Part shown: one piece after another, positions 10,641 through 21,193 of the stretch
Layout of the letters: every line of letters begins with the position of its first letter
How positions within the stretch are numbered: position 1 is the stretch's first letter
From: an uncultured Chloroflexia bacterium
GTDB taxonomy: Bacteria > Chloroflexota > Limnocylindria > QHBO01
Direction of reading: 5' to 3'
NCBI GenBank assembly: GCA_963782015.1
Contig: CAWAHY010000004.1
Coordinates: 596,633-660,632 of the forward strand
DNA length: 64,000 nt
Translations under genes and position numbers: made by a program
The notes under the pieces: generated by a model
Told to the model about the DNA's origin: nothing
Seen by the model: only the letters and a program-made list of their open reading frames with translations
The model's database searches: none

Positions 10641-10659
10641 CCGATCGGCGGCCCTCCCG

Positions 10660-11106
10660 CTAGTAGAAGCCGGGCGGCGGCGGGAGCGGGTTCCCCTCGG
10701 CATCGAGCCGCTCCTCGGCGGGGAGCTCGTCGCGATGCCTGCGCCCCCCGATCGGCCCCGGAATCGGCTCCGCCATCACCGACCCGGTGACCTCGTCGAG
10801 CCGCTGCCCGATCCCGCGCAGGCCGAGGTGGCGGAGCGCGGCACCGAAGCGATCCACGAAGGCCGCGTCGCGCAGCAGCGCGAACGCCAGCGAGGAATGC
10901 GCCCGGACCAGCAGCTCGATCCCGCGGGCCGCCTCGGGCACGTTGACCTGGTTCAGCCCCAGCTGGAGGTCGAGCAGGTCGAGCGCCCGATTTGCCTCGC
11001 GGCGGGCTCGCGTGGTGAAGTGCGGCGTGCGATTGGCCAGCACCCGCGTCCGATAGAGGGCTGCGCGGGCCAGGGAGTCGCGATCACCGGGAGCCGGGAG
11101 AGCCAT
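10660..11106 (-). CDS. hypothetical protein
   Basis: ORF 10660..11202. I prefer the internal ATG at 11106 because the upstream part is Arg/Ser-rich junk. No recognisable family. Its start overlaps the divergent NUDIX start within CCATGG (11103-11108). Confidence 0.45.
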   Translation of the reverse strand: MALPAPGDRDSLARAALYRTRVLANRTPHFTTRARREANRALDLLDLQLGLNQVNVPEAARGIELLVRAHSSLAFALLRDAAFVDRFGAALRHLGLRGIGQRLDEVTGSVMAEPIPGPIGGRRHRDELPAEERLDAEGNPLPPPPGFY

Positions 11107-11777
11107 GGACCGAATCTTACGCGGCGAGGAGGGCTGGCAGGAAGCGATCGCCCGTGCCCTGGCCGAGGCGACCCGACCGATCGCCCCCGACCCGCGCTTC
11201 ATGCCGCGCGAAGTGCCCGGTGGCCCAACACTGCGCCGGTACGACCGCTCGACCTTTCCGCCGGCGCGCCGAGCAGCGACGCTGCTGCTGGTCTATCCCG
11301 GCCTCGGCGGGGAGCTGACGGTGCCGCTCACCGTGCGCCACGCCGACCTGCGCGAGCACGCGGGCGAGATCTCGCTCCCCGGCGGCACCGTGGACGCGAC
11401 CGACGCCTCTCCGCAGGCGGCGGCGCTGCGCGAGGCATGGGAGGAGATCGGCGTCGACCAGGCTTTGGTGTCGATTTCCGGGCTGCTCGACGAGGTCTGG
11501 ATCCCGGTCAGCAACTTCGAGCTGCTGCCATTCGTCGGGACGGCGGCGGCCCGCCCGGCCCTCGTCCCGCACACCGACGAGGTGGCCGAGATCGTGGAGC
11601 TGCCCCTGCGCAACCTCCTGACCGATGACGCAGTCAGCGAGGAGCTGATCGAGGGACCCGGCTGGGCGCTGCGCGCGGCCGTCTACCGTCACGCCGGCCA
11701 CCGGATCTGGGGCGCCACCGCGCGCACGCTGGCGATGTTCGTGTCGGTGCTGCGAGAGGCGCAGGGCCTCGACCTAG
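11105..11777 (+). CDS. NUDIX hydrolase, CoA pyrophosphatase (NudL)-like; 3' end uncertain because there is no in-frame stop as sequenced
   Basis: This is the first about 220 aa of the 753 aa ORF 11105..13366. Nudix box LPGGTVDATDASPQAAALREAWEEIGV, and a C-proximal IWGATARTL motif. The only nearby stop (TAG 11775-11777) is one frame over, implying another single-base error near the C-terminus. Beyond this point the frame runs antisense through the IMPase gene. Confidence 0.65.
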
Positions 11778-12601
11778 CGGCGGGTCTGGACCGTCGCGCG
11801 CGCGGAGCGGAGAAGGGTGAGCAGCGTTCCGTGGTGCCGCGGCGGCGCCGCCACGATGCTCAGCCTCGGGCCGCGCTTGGCGACGTTCCACCACGGCCCG
11901 CCGTACAGGTCGGTCACCGTCGCGCCAGCCCGCTCTGCGATCAGGCCCGCGGCGGCGATGTCCCACAGCGACAGCCCGCCGTTCTGGACGTAGGCGTCGA
12001 ACCTGCTCGAGCCCACGTACGCCAGCGCCAGCGCCGCGCTGCCCATCCGCCGCCCGATCCGGATCTCGTGCGCGACGCGCCGCTCCCGCGCGATCCCGCC
12101 CCGCCCGATGATCGCCAGGCTCACGACGAAGTCGGCCAACTCCTCCTTGTCGCTCGCGTGCACCGGCTCGCCGTTCAGCGTCGCCGGGCCGTCCTCGGTG
12201 GCCGCGTAGCAGTCGCCCCGCAGCGGGTCGAGGATCACGCCGACCACCGGCGTCCCCGCCTCGACCAGGCCGATCGAGACGCAGAAGAACGGGATCCCGT
12301 TGGCGTAGTTGACCGTCCCGTCGAGCGGGTCGATCACCCAGGTGCGCCCGCTCCACCGGACCCGCGACGTAGGGGATGCTCCCCGGCCCGACTCCTCGGC
12401 GAGGATCGCGTCCCCCGGGAATCGCGCGCGGATCGCGTCGATGATGAGGCGCTCGCTGTCGTAGTCGGTGGCGGTCACCACGTCCCGGCGGCTCTTGCGC
12501 CGCACCCCTGGCGGGGCCGCGTAGCCGGCCGCGATCAGGTCGCCTGCCCGCCGCGCCAGCTCGGTCGCGAAGGCAAGGTCGGCGGCGCGCGCGCTCGTCA
12601 T
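11774..12601 (-). CDS. inositol monophosphatase family protein (SuhB/HisN-like)
   Basis: ORF 11774..12601 with motifs EESG, WVIDPLDGTVNY and WDIAAAGLI. Confidence 0.85.
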   Translation of the reverse strand: MTSARAADLAFATELARRAGDLIAAGYAAPPGVRRKSRRDVVTATDYDSERLIIDAIRARFPGDAILAEESGRGASPTSRVRWSGRTWVIDPLDGTVNYANGIPFFCVSIGLVEAGTPVVGVILDPLRGDCYAATEDGPATLNGEPVHASDKEELADFVVSLAIIGRGGIARERRVAHEIRIGRRMGSAALALAYVGSSRFDAYVQNGGLSLWDIAAAGLIAERAGATVTDLYGGPWWNVAKRGPRLSIVAAPPRHHGTLLTLLRSARATVQTRR

Positions 12602-12631
12602 CGGGCCGATCCTAGCGCTACCCTATCGCCG

Positions 12632-13366
12632 ATGCCGCAGATCCACCTCCACGCCGAGCCCGGCGACTACGCCCCGCTGGTCCTCCTCCCCGGAGACCCG
12701 GCCCGGGCCACCCTGATCGCCTCGCGCTTCGACGGCGGGCTCGACGCGACTCGACAGGTCAACGCCAACCGCGGGCTTCTCGGCTACACCGGAACCGTGA
12801 ACGATCGGCCGGTCAGCGTGCAGACGACCGGCATGGGTGCCCCGTCGATCGCCCTCGTCGTCGAGGAGCTGCTCAGGCTCGGGGCGCGCCAGCTGGTCAG
12901 GGTCGGCACCACCGGCGCCCTGCGGGCCGACGTCGCGCTCGGCACGATCGTGATCGCCACTTCGTCGAGCCCGACCGACGGCGCGACCCAGACCTTCATG
13001 GGCGGCAAGCCGTACGCCCCGGCGGCAGACTTCGCGCTGACCCACGCCCTGGTCCACTCCGCCGAGCGACTGGGGGTCCCGTTCCGCGTGGGACCGATCG
13101 CCACCATCGACGTCTTCAGCCACTACCACCCCGACCCGAACTTCGTGGCTCCATGGCGAAACGCCGGTGCGCTCGCCGTCGAGATGGAGGCGAGCGTGCT
13201 CTTCTACCTGGCCGCCAGCCGCGGCGCGCAGGCCGCATGCATGGGCGTCGTGGTCGACATCGACAGCGGCGAGGCGAACCAGGAGCACACCTACCTGAGT
13301 GCTGAGCAGCTCAACGCGGCGGTGGATCGCATGATCGAGGTCGCGCTCACCGCCGACTTCGGCTGA
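12632..13366 (+). CDS. deoD: purine nucleoside phosphorylase, DeoD type
   Basis: This is the C-terminal 244 aa of ORF 11105..13366, starting at ATG 12632. MPQIHLHAEPGDYAPLVLLPGDPARA, QTTGMGAPS and AVEMEAS match the DeoD/Udp family. Only 30 bp separate it from the divergent IMPase start. Confidence 0.85.
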   Translation: MPQIHLHAEPGDYAPLVLLPGDPARATLIASRFDGGLDATRQVNANRGLLGYTGTVNDRPVSVQTTGMGAPSIALVVEELLRLGARQLVRVGTTGALRADVALGTIVIATSSSPTDGATQTFMGGKPYAPAADFALTHALVHSAERLGVPFRVGPIATIDVFSHYHPDPNFVAPWRNAGALAVEMEASVLFYLAASRGAQAACMGVVVDIDSGEANQEHTYLSAEQLNAAVDRMIEVALTADFG

Positions 13367-13382
13367 GCACTTGACCGCCGGG

Positions 13383-13388
13383 TAGCAT
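13383..13388 (+). promoter_or_regulatory. -10-like box TAGCAT, 6 nt upstream of the hppD ATG (leaderless-type arrangement)
   Basis: TAGCAT at 13383-13388, gcatcc spacer, ATG at 13395. Confidence 0.35.
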
Positions 13389-13394
13389 GCATCC

Positions 13395-14528
<1,134 letters not shown>

Positions 14529-14529
<1 letters not shown>

Positions 14530-14957
14530 TGCGCGCCACTCGCGGCTGGTTCGTCATCGCCGCAATGCTCGCGGGCTGCAGCCTCGTGCCCGGCGCTGGC
14601 ACCTATGCCCCGCCCGTGTCCGGCCGCGACTGCGGGGTCGAGGACCTCAGATTGAACGAGGCAGGGCGCCGATGCCTGTTGGCTGCTTTCCAGTCAGGCT
14701 CCGCTGCCACCTTCGTGATCCGGGCCACCACAGTGGAGGGTGCCCCGTTCACCCGCTCGTATATCGTCCGCGGCCCCGAGAATGTGGAGATCACCACAGA
14801 TGCCCGGGCCGACGGCTACGGATCGGGGCAGATTGAAACCCAGCGATGCGACCAACTCGTCCCCGTGGACGAGTGGAACCGAACGGTGGAGGAGGGCAGC
14901 CAGATGGACGCTGCATACGTCTTTGTCGAAGACAGCTGCGTCGAGGTCGCTACCTAG
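14529..14957 (+). CDS. putative lipoprotein, hypothetical
   Basis: The ATG at 14529 overlaps the hppD stop (TGATG). Signal peptide with lipobox: MRATRGWFVIAAMLAGC. It occupies the frame of the tail of ORF 13395..14957. Confidence 0.6.
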
Positions 14958-15805
14958 GGAACGAGGGCGAAGACCTCCCGGTCTCCAGGAATCCCCTTCA
15001 GGGCATGTCGCCCCTTCGATTCGAAGACCAGCCCCGATCCTGACGCCAGCTCCATGGTCGTGCCCGAGACGAGCACCTGGTCGGCCTCGGCCAGCGCCAT
15101 GATGCGAGCCGCGGTGTGGACCGCCACGCCGCGCACGTTACCCGGCACGTGCTCGACCTCGCCGGTGTGCACGCCGGCGCGGATCGACAGGCCGAGCTCC
15201 CGAACGCTGTGCGCCATCGCCTGGGCGCATTGCACCGCGCGCGCGGCCCCGTCAAAGAGCGCCAGGAAGCCGTCGCCGGTGGTCCCGACGTCGCGGCCGC
15301 GGAATCGGTCGAGCTCGATGCGCATCCGATCGTTGTGCTCGGCGAGCAGCTCGCGCCAGGCCGCGTCCCCCATCGCGTGCAGCTTGGCGGTCGAGTCGAC
15401 GATATCGGTGAAGAGGATCGTCTCCAGGACCCGGTCCCCGGTCGAGGCCACCGGTCGGGCGTACGAGCGGGCTCCCCGAAAGTCGATCGCGACCCACGGA
15501 CCGTCGCCGACCACCCAGGCATGATGCCCGGCCGGGATCTCGAAGGCCTCATCTGGCCCGATCTCGGAGGTGGTCCCATCCACCATCTCGACGTGCAGGA
15601 CCCCCGACAGCGCCACGCCGAGGTGGTGGTACTGGCAGGCTTCGGTCTGGGCGAGCGGCTTGACGTCCCGATCCCACTCCCATCCCGGTTCCATCGTCAT
15701 GCGACCGATCACCATCTCGTCGAGCTCGTAGATCTCGGTGCGGCCGCGCTCGTAGGGACGGACCTCGTCCGGCTCGGTGAGCGGCTTGCGCTGGAGCTTG
15801 GCCAT
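14954..15805 (-). CDS. cupin domain fused to a class III adenylate/guanylate cyclase catalytic domain
   Basis: ORF 14954..15829. I prefer the ATG at 15805, which has CACAAT 7 nt upstream. The N-terminal half is cupin-like (GWEWDRD..., HHLGVALSGVLHVEM). The C-terminal half carries cyclase motifs (ILFTDIVDST, TTGDGFLALF, IRAGVHTGEV, GVAVHTAARI). Confidence 0.8.
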   Translation of the reverse strand: MAKLQRKPLTEPDEVRPYERGRTEIYELDEMVIGRMTMEPGWEWDRDVKPLAQTEACQYHHLGVALSGVLHVEMVDGTTSEIGPDEAFEIPAGHHAWVVGDGPWVAIDFRGARSYARPVASTGDRVLETILFTDIVDSTAKLHAMGDAAWRELLAEHNDRMRIELDRFRGRDVGTTGDGFLALFDGAARAVQCAQAMAHSVRELGLSIRAGVHTGEVEHVPGNVRGVAVHTAARIMALAEADQVLVSGTTMELASGSGLVFESKGRHALKGIPGDREVFALVP

Positions 15806-15877
15806 TCGGTCGATTGTGGCACGGCGCAACTGATCAGATCACTGGAACAGTCGGCGACCTCGTAGACTCGCTGGACC

Positions 15878-16892
15878 ATGAAGATCGCGCACGTTCGCGA
15901 ACGAAACGCCCCGGCCGGGACCGCCTGGCAGCTCGCCGCAGCGCGGGATCCGGACGCCCGGCGCTGGCTGCTGCTCGACGAGGCGCGACGGGCGCTGGTG
16001 GCCGAGGATCCGCGACGTGCGCACAACTCGCCGCTCTTCCGGCAACCGATCACGACGCTCGACGAACACCTGGCCCGCGGCCTCCGCGTCGAGGCCCTCG
16101 CTGAGGTCGTGGAGGGCTACCCGAAGGCGACCGATGGCGACGAGGCGATCGCCATGGCCGGTGACCTTGCCTTCGGCCCACCCATCCTGCGGCCGCCGAG
16201 CCTGCGCGACTTCTACGCCTTCGAGGGCCACGTCCGGACGATGTGGGAGCGCCGCGGCGGGACGGTGCCGGAGGCGTGGTATCGGATCCCGATCTTCTAC
16301 TTCAGCAACGTCTCCGAGATCCGCGGGCCGGACGAGCCGGTCTGGCGTCCCGCGGCCTCGCAGGAGCTCGACTACGAACTGGAGGTCGCCGCCCTGATCG
16401 ACACGCCGGTCCATGACGTGGGCGCCGTGCATGGGGAGGAGGCGATCGGCGGCTACCTCGTCTTCAACGACTGGAGCGCACGCGACCTGCAGCGCGAGGA
16501 GACGACCGTGCGCCTGGGTCCTGCCAAGGGAAAGGATTTCGCCTCGTCGATCGGTCCCTGGCTGGTCACTCCCGACGAGCTGGCCGATGCCCGCGAGGGC
16601 AACGGCTACGATCTCGAGATGAGCGCTGCCATCAACGGGGCCGAGATCTCCCGCGGGACCTGGGCCGATGCCCAGTTCAGCTTCGGCGCCATGGTCGAGC
16701 GGGCCAGCGCCGACGTTCGGCTGCGGCCCGGCGACCTGATCGGCTCGGGGACCGTCGGCACGGGCTGCCTGCTCGAGGTCAAGGATGAGCGCTTCGGGCG
16801 CTGGCTCGAGCCGGGCGACGTCGTGGCGCTGACGGTCGAACGGCTTGGGCACCCTGACGACGCCGATCGTCGAACGACCGGTGGACCGATGA
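15878..16892 (+). pseudogene. fumarylacetoacetate hydrolase family protein; frame disruption near the C-terminus as sequenced
   Basis: This is the first 323 aa of the 692 aa ORF 15878..17956 (FAH-fold motifs ELDYELEVAALI, FNDWSARDLQ, KGKDFASSIGPWLVT, LIGSGTVGTGC). After the G-run 16847-16849 the natural C-terminus GTLTTPIVERPVDR-stop (TGA 16890-16892) lies in the +1 frame and overlaps the next ATG. Confidence 0.8.
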
Positions 16893-17388
16893 GCAACGAG
16901 ACGGTGACCGCGGCACTCGCCCGCCTGGGCGCCGTGCAGCGGCGGCTGGTGGAGCACGCCGCGCGGCCGCTGCCATCGGGCCTGACCGATCCCGATCCGG
17001 GAGCGAGCGAGCGCTGGGAGGCGGGACAGGTCTGGGCGCACCTCGCCGAGTTCCCCGGCTACTGGCTCGACCAGATCCGGGGCATCCTGGTGGATCGCGC
17101 CGCGGGAGAGACGGGGCCGATTCCGTTCGGGCGCCTGAAGACCGACCCGGGCCGCATCGGCGCGATCGAGCGGGAGCGCCGAACGGCGCCCGCCGAGCTG
17201 CTCCGCCGCGTCACGGCCCAGATCGCGGACCTGTCGAGCACGCTGTCCGCGCTGCCGGACGATGCCTGGAGCTCGATCGGCGCTCACCCGACGCTGGGAG
17301 AGATGAGCCTGTCGGCGATCCTGGATCGCTTCGTCGCTGGGCCACCTGGAGGAGCACGCCGACCAGCTCGACGGGCTGGAGCTGGTGA
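16889..17388 (+). pseudogene. DinB-superfamily protein (MDMPI_N-like), translationally coupled to the FAH gene; at least one frame disruption as sequenced
   Basis: ATG 16889 (ATGA overlap with the FAH stop). The sequence reads MSNETVTAALARLGAVQRRL...WEAGQVWAHLAEF...GAHPTLGEMSL. After 17339-17343 it continues as HLEEHADQLDGLEL in the +1 frame, giving a DinB-type His triad. The 3' end is uncertain: TGA 17386-17388 is one more frame over; otherwise the frame runs into the dehydratase gene. Confidence 0.55.
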
Positions 17389-18330
17389 CGCTCGACGAGA
17401 TCCGTGCGGCCGCCGTGCGAATCCGGGGAGTGGCACTGCACCCCCCGCTCCTGCGCTGGGACGACCGCACCTGGCTGAAGCCGGAGAGCCTCCAGCCGGT
17501 CGGCGCCTTCAAGATGCGCGGCGCGTACAACGCGGTCGCCTCGCTGACCGACGAGGAGCGGGCGCGGGGAGTGGTGACCTACTCCTCCGGCAACCACGCC
17601 CAGGCGGTGGCCCGCGCGGCGCGGCTGCTCGGCGCCCACGCCACGATCGTGATGCCGGAGGACGCGCCGCCGGTCAAGGTGGCGGGGGTGCGCCGCGACG
17701 GGGCCGAGGTGGTCTTCGCCGGGCTGACCGGGGAGGAGCGCCACGCCATCGCGCTGGAGCTGGTGGCGCGGGACGGGCGGGTCATGATCGAGCCGTACGA
17801 CGACCGGCGCATCATCGCGGGGCAGGGCACCTGCGGCCTGGAGATCGCCGAGGATCTGCCCGGCGTCACGAGCGTTCTCATCCCGGTGAGTGGCGGCGGC
17901 CTGTCATCGGGCATCGCCGACCGCCATCAAGGCGCTCGCCCCGAATGCCCGGGTGATCGGGGTCGAGCCGGAGCTGGCCGCCGACGCGCGCGACTCGCTG
18001 GCGGCGGGCGAGATCGTGCGCTGGGACGGCGCGCTCACCACGCGGACCATGGCGGACGGCCTCCGCGTCGAGAAGCTCGGCTGGCTGCCGTTCCTCCACC
18101 TGCGCCGCTTCATGGACGAGATCGTGACCGTCAGCGAGGAGCAGATGGCCGACGCGATGCGCCAGCTGGCGGCACGCGGCCGGCTCGTGGTCGAGGCATC
18201 CGGCGCGGCCGGCATGGCAGCGCACCTCTCCGGCGCAGCGCCGCAGGGAGAAGGAGACGACCAGCGGGTGATCGTCATCAGCGGCGGCAACGTCGATCCC
18301 GCGGCGTTCGCGGAGATCCTCAGGGGCTGA
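17385..18330 (+). pseudogene. PLP-dependent threonine/serine dehydratase family; one frame disruption as sequenced
   Basis: ORF 17385..18404 carries the N-terminal part (LKPESLQPVGAFKMRGA, YSSGNHAQAVA, LIPVSGGGL). ORF 17890..18330 carries the C-terminal part (TAIKALAPNARVIGVEPELA...VIVISGGNVD). The junction is near 17919. Confidence 0.8.
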
Positions 18331-19501
18331 CCCGTCGCGCGCCACGCAGCATGACGGCCGCCACGACGGCCACCGCGGCGCCCATCGCCGCCACGCTGCC
18401 GTAGCCGATCCCGAAGCCACTCCCCTGTGCCACGGCCCCGGCGACGAACGGGCCGATCCCCAGGCCCGCCGAGAGCGCCGTCGAGTAGCCACCCAGCCCG
18501 GTGGCGCGCAGCTCGGCCGGCGCTCGCTCGCTGATCACCACCTGGATCATCATCAGCGTGAAGGCGAGCGCCAGGATGCCGGTCATGAAGACCGCCGCGA
18601 TGCCCAGCGCACCGACCTGCAGCCCGAGCAGCGAGGTGATCCCGGCATAGGCTGCGCACCCGCCGGCCAGCGCCAGGGGCGGGACGGCGCGCCGGTCGAT
18701 CAGCCGGCCAAGCGGCACGCGCGACAGCCCGTTGGTGATCGACTGGAGCGCCAGCAGCAGGCCGATGGATCCCGCCGCCAGCCCGATCGACGTCCCGAAG
18801 AGCGGGAAGAGGCCGCTCACCGCGCCCCACGGCAGCCCGATCCCGAACCCGGCCACCCAGCAGCCGACGACGACCCGGTCACGCGCCAGCGCCCCGACCA
18901 TGCCGCGCAGGCCGCGGACGTCGATCCGGGCGCGGACCGCGCCACGCATCAGGATCGGTCCCACCAGGGCGGTCAGCGCGAGCATCGTCGCGACGAGATA
19001 GGTCGGCACGATGCCCACGTGCTGCCACACGAGGCCACCGACCGCCGGACCCGATGCGATCCCGGTGTGGGTGCCCAGGGTCAACCACCCGAAGGCCGAT
19101 CCACGTCGCGCCTCGTGGGCGCTGCCCGCGACGTACGCCCCGATCGCCGGCAGGAAGAGGGACGAGGTCAGTCCGGAGAGGATCGCCCAGGCGTAGAGCG
19201 GGAGGGTGCTGCCGGTCGCCTGCGCGCCGATCGGGACGAGATTGACCGCTGCGCTGCCGAGCACCGCCACGGTCAGCGTCCGGCGCGTCCCCCACGCGTC
19301 GGCCACGGCGCCAAATGGCAGGCTGAAGACCGCCCCGAGGCCGAAGCGGATGGCGGCGATCGTGCCGGCCTCGGTGAGCGAGCCGCCCAGCGACTCGACG
19401 TGGAGAGGAATCGCCACGCCCGACGCCCACTGGCCGAGCGTGAAGGTGAAGGTCGCGAGGTACGCCGGCCAGAGCGGCCGGCCGAGCCCGCGAGCGGTCA
19501 C
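18320..19501 (-). CDS. MFS transporter
   Basis: This is the C-terminal 393 aa of the 749 aa ORF 18320..20569. The GTG at 19501 overlaps the stop of the upstream HDAC-family gene (GTGA). It has about 12 hydrophobic segments and an MFS-like loop GAVADAWGTRRT. Confidence 0.75.
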   Translation of the reverse strand: MTARGLGRPLWPAYLATFTFTLGQWASGVAIPLHVESLGGSLTEAGTIAAIRFGLGAVFSLPFGAVADAWGTRRTLTVAVLGSAAVNLVPIGAQATGSTLPLYAWAILSGLTSSLFLPAIGAYVAGSAHEARRGSAFGWLTLGTHTGIASGPAVGGLVWQHVGIVPTYLVATMLALTALVGPILMRGAVRARIDVRGLRGMVGALARDRVVVGCWVAGFGIGLPWGAVSGLFPLFGTSIGLAAGSIGLLLALQSITNGLSRVPLGRLIDRRAVPPLALAGGCAAYAGITSLLGLQVGALGIAAVFMTGILALAFTLMMIQVVISERAPAELRATGLGGYSTALSAGLGIGPFVAGAVAQGSGFGIGYGSVAAMGAAVAVVAAVMLRGARRVSP

Positions 19502-20569
19502 GCGCCGCGCAGGCCGGTCAGCAGCGCGAGCGCGTTGGCGCCCAGCGCCTCGACCGCGTAGCCACCCTCCTGGAGCACGATCATCTTCATGCCAAGGGCG
19601 GCGACCATCCGGCCGATCTCCCCGTAGTCGGGGGTGCGCAGCGCCAGGTCGCCGATCGGGTCGCCGTCGAAGGTGTCGAAGCCGGCGGAGATGACGAGCG
19701 GCGCATCGGGGGCGAACGCCACCACCATCCGCAGTGCCTCGGCGAGGGCCGTCGCGTAGCCGTCCAGCGCGGTGCGCGCGGCGAGTGGCCAGTTGCGCGT
19801 CAGCCCGGCGCCGTCCCCCGACGCCGGTCTCCGCGGCGTAGCCGGACCAGTACGGATAGGCCCGGGCCGGGTCGGCGTGGAGTGAGAGGTAGAGGACGTC
19901 GCCCCGCTCCCAGAAGATCTGCTGCGTCCCGTTGCCGTGGTGGTAGTCGATGTCGAGGATCGCGACCCGCCGCGCCCCGCCCTCCCGTCGCAGCCACTCG
20001 GCCACGATCGCCGCGTTGTTGAAGTAGCAGTAGCCGCCCAGCATGCCGCGCGCGGCGTGGTGGCCCGGCGGCCGGCACAGGCCGTAGGCCAGCGGCGCCC
20101 CGCCGACCACCCGCTCGGCGGCGGTGAGCGCCACGTCGACGGCCGCGCGCGCCGCGCTCCACGTCCCGGACACGATCGGCGTGGCGGTGTCGAACAGGTA
20201 GGCGCCCAGTCGATGGTGAGCGCCGGACGGCAGGCCCCCGAGCGTCATCGGTCCGGCGTAGGCGGCCAGCAGGTAGGTGTCGGGGATCCAGGGCCGCGAG
20301 CCGTCGGTGGCGCCGGCGGCGAGCGCATCGGTCCAGGCGTGCTCGAAGGTCTCAACCATGGCTGCGTCATGCACCGCCAGGATCGGCCCGCGGCCGTGCT
20401 CGGTCGGCGCCTCGAACGAGCAGTCGCCGCGCGCCCGCAGCTCCGCCTCGATCGCGACCGCCCGTTCGGGCGACTCCCAGCAGGGGATCGGTCGCCCGCC
20501 GGCCAGCTCGATCAGGCCGGCATGGGCCAGGTGCGCATCGGAGAGGATGACCGGGATCGGGTCGAGCAC
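19498..20569 (-). pseudogene. histone deacetylase-family amidohydrolase (AcuC/acetylpolyamine amidohydrolase-like); one frame disruption as sequenced
   Basis: The N-terminal 250 aa of ORF 18320..20569 (CRPPGHHA, DIDYHHGNGTQ) continue in ORF 19498..19728 (ISAGFDTFDGDP, VLQEGGY). The junction is in the C-run 19815-19819 (a G5 run on the coding strand). Confidence 0.8.
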
Positions 20570-20597
20570 GGGCGCTCGCGAGTGTAGCGAGGGGACC

Positions 20598-21083
20598 CTA
20601 CTGGACGCTGCCCTGGGTCCCCCAGCGGGCCAGCTCGGCCTCGAGGTCGAGCGCCTGCACGACCCCGGAGTCGGCGTACTCGCCCCACGCCTCGCGAGGG
20701 ACCTGCCACATCACCTCGAACTCGTTGCCGTCGGGGTCGCGCCCGTAGAGCGACTTGGAGACACCGTGGTCGCTCGCACCGCCCAGCGCGCCGGCCTCGG
20801 AGAGCGCCTTCGCCGCCGCGGCCAGGTCCTCGATGGTGGCCACCTCCCACGCCAGGTGGTAGAGACCCACCGAGCCACGCGGGGGACGCGGCGCCGCCGC
20901 GCCCACCTCGAACAGGCCCAGGTCGTGGTGGTTGCCGCCGGTCGGCGAGCGCATGAAGGCGGCGCGCATCCCGGCCGGCCGCTCCAGCTCCTCGAACCCA
21001 AAGACGTCGTGGTAGAAGGCGGCCGCCTTGTCCGCGTCGCGGACCCAGAGAACGGCGTGGTTGAGGCGGGTGACGTTGAACAT
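20598..21083 (-). CDS. VOC (glyoxalase/bleomycin-resistance/extradiol dioxygenase) family protein
   Basis: ORF 20598..21083, with an AGGAGA Shine-Dalgarno sequence 7 nt upstream. It shares motifs with the paralogue at 27743..28186: NHHDLGLF versus NHHDLALL, VGLYHLAWEV versus VGLYHVAVQL, DHGVSKSLYGRDPDGNEFEV versus DHGVSRSLYTADPDGNEIEL. Confidence 0.8.
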   Translation of the reverse strand: MFNVTRLNHAVLWVRDADKAAAFYHDVFGFEELERPAGMRAAFMRSPTGGNHHDLGLFEVGAAAPRPPRGSVGLYHLAWEVATIEDLAAAAKALSEAGALGGASDHGVSKSLYGRDPDGNEFEVMWQVPREAWGEYADSGVVQALDLEAELARWGTQGSVQ

Positions 21084-21178
21084 CGATGGGTCTCCTGGGC
21101 GGCGGGTGGCCGCATGATGGTTGCAGGCGCAACTAAGTCTAGCACCACGGATGCATCGGTTCGGCTGCCGCGGGGTCC

Positions 21179-21184
21179 TAGAAT
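21179..21184 (+). promoter_or_regulatory. -10-like box TAGAAT, 9 nt upstream of the hmgA GTG
   Basis: TAGAAT at 21179-21184, gcccccacc spacer, GTG at 21194. Confidence 0.35.
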
Positions 21185-21193
21185 GCCCCCACC

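Noticed and set aside
11105-13366. The 753 aa ORF read as a single giant NUDIX-PNP fusion protein.
   Set aside because: The middle 280 codons are antisense to a well-supported IMPase-family gene and translate to Arg/Pro-rich junk. The deoD part has its own ATG at 12632. It is better explained by a missing stop due to an indel.
15878-20569. 692 aa (FAH + DinB + dehydratase) and 749 aa (HDAC + MFS) ORFs read as multidomain fusion proteins.
   Set aside because: After single-base corrections each component ends at a stop overlapping the next start (ATGA at 16889, GTGA at 19498-19501), the usual operon coupling. The linking segments are out-of-frame junk as sequenced.
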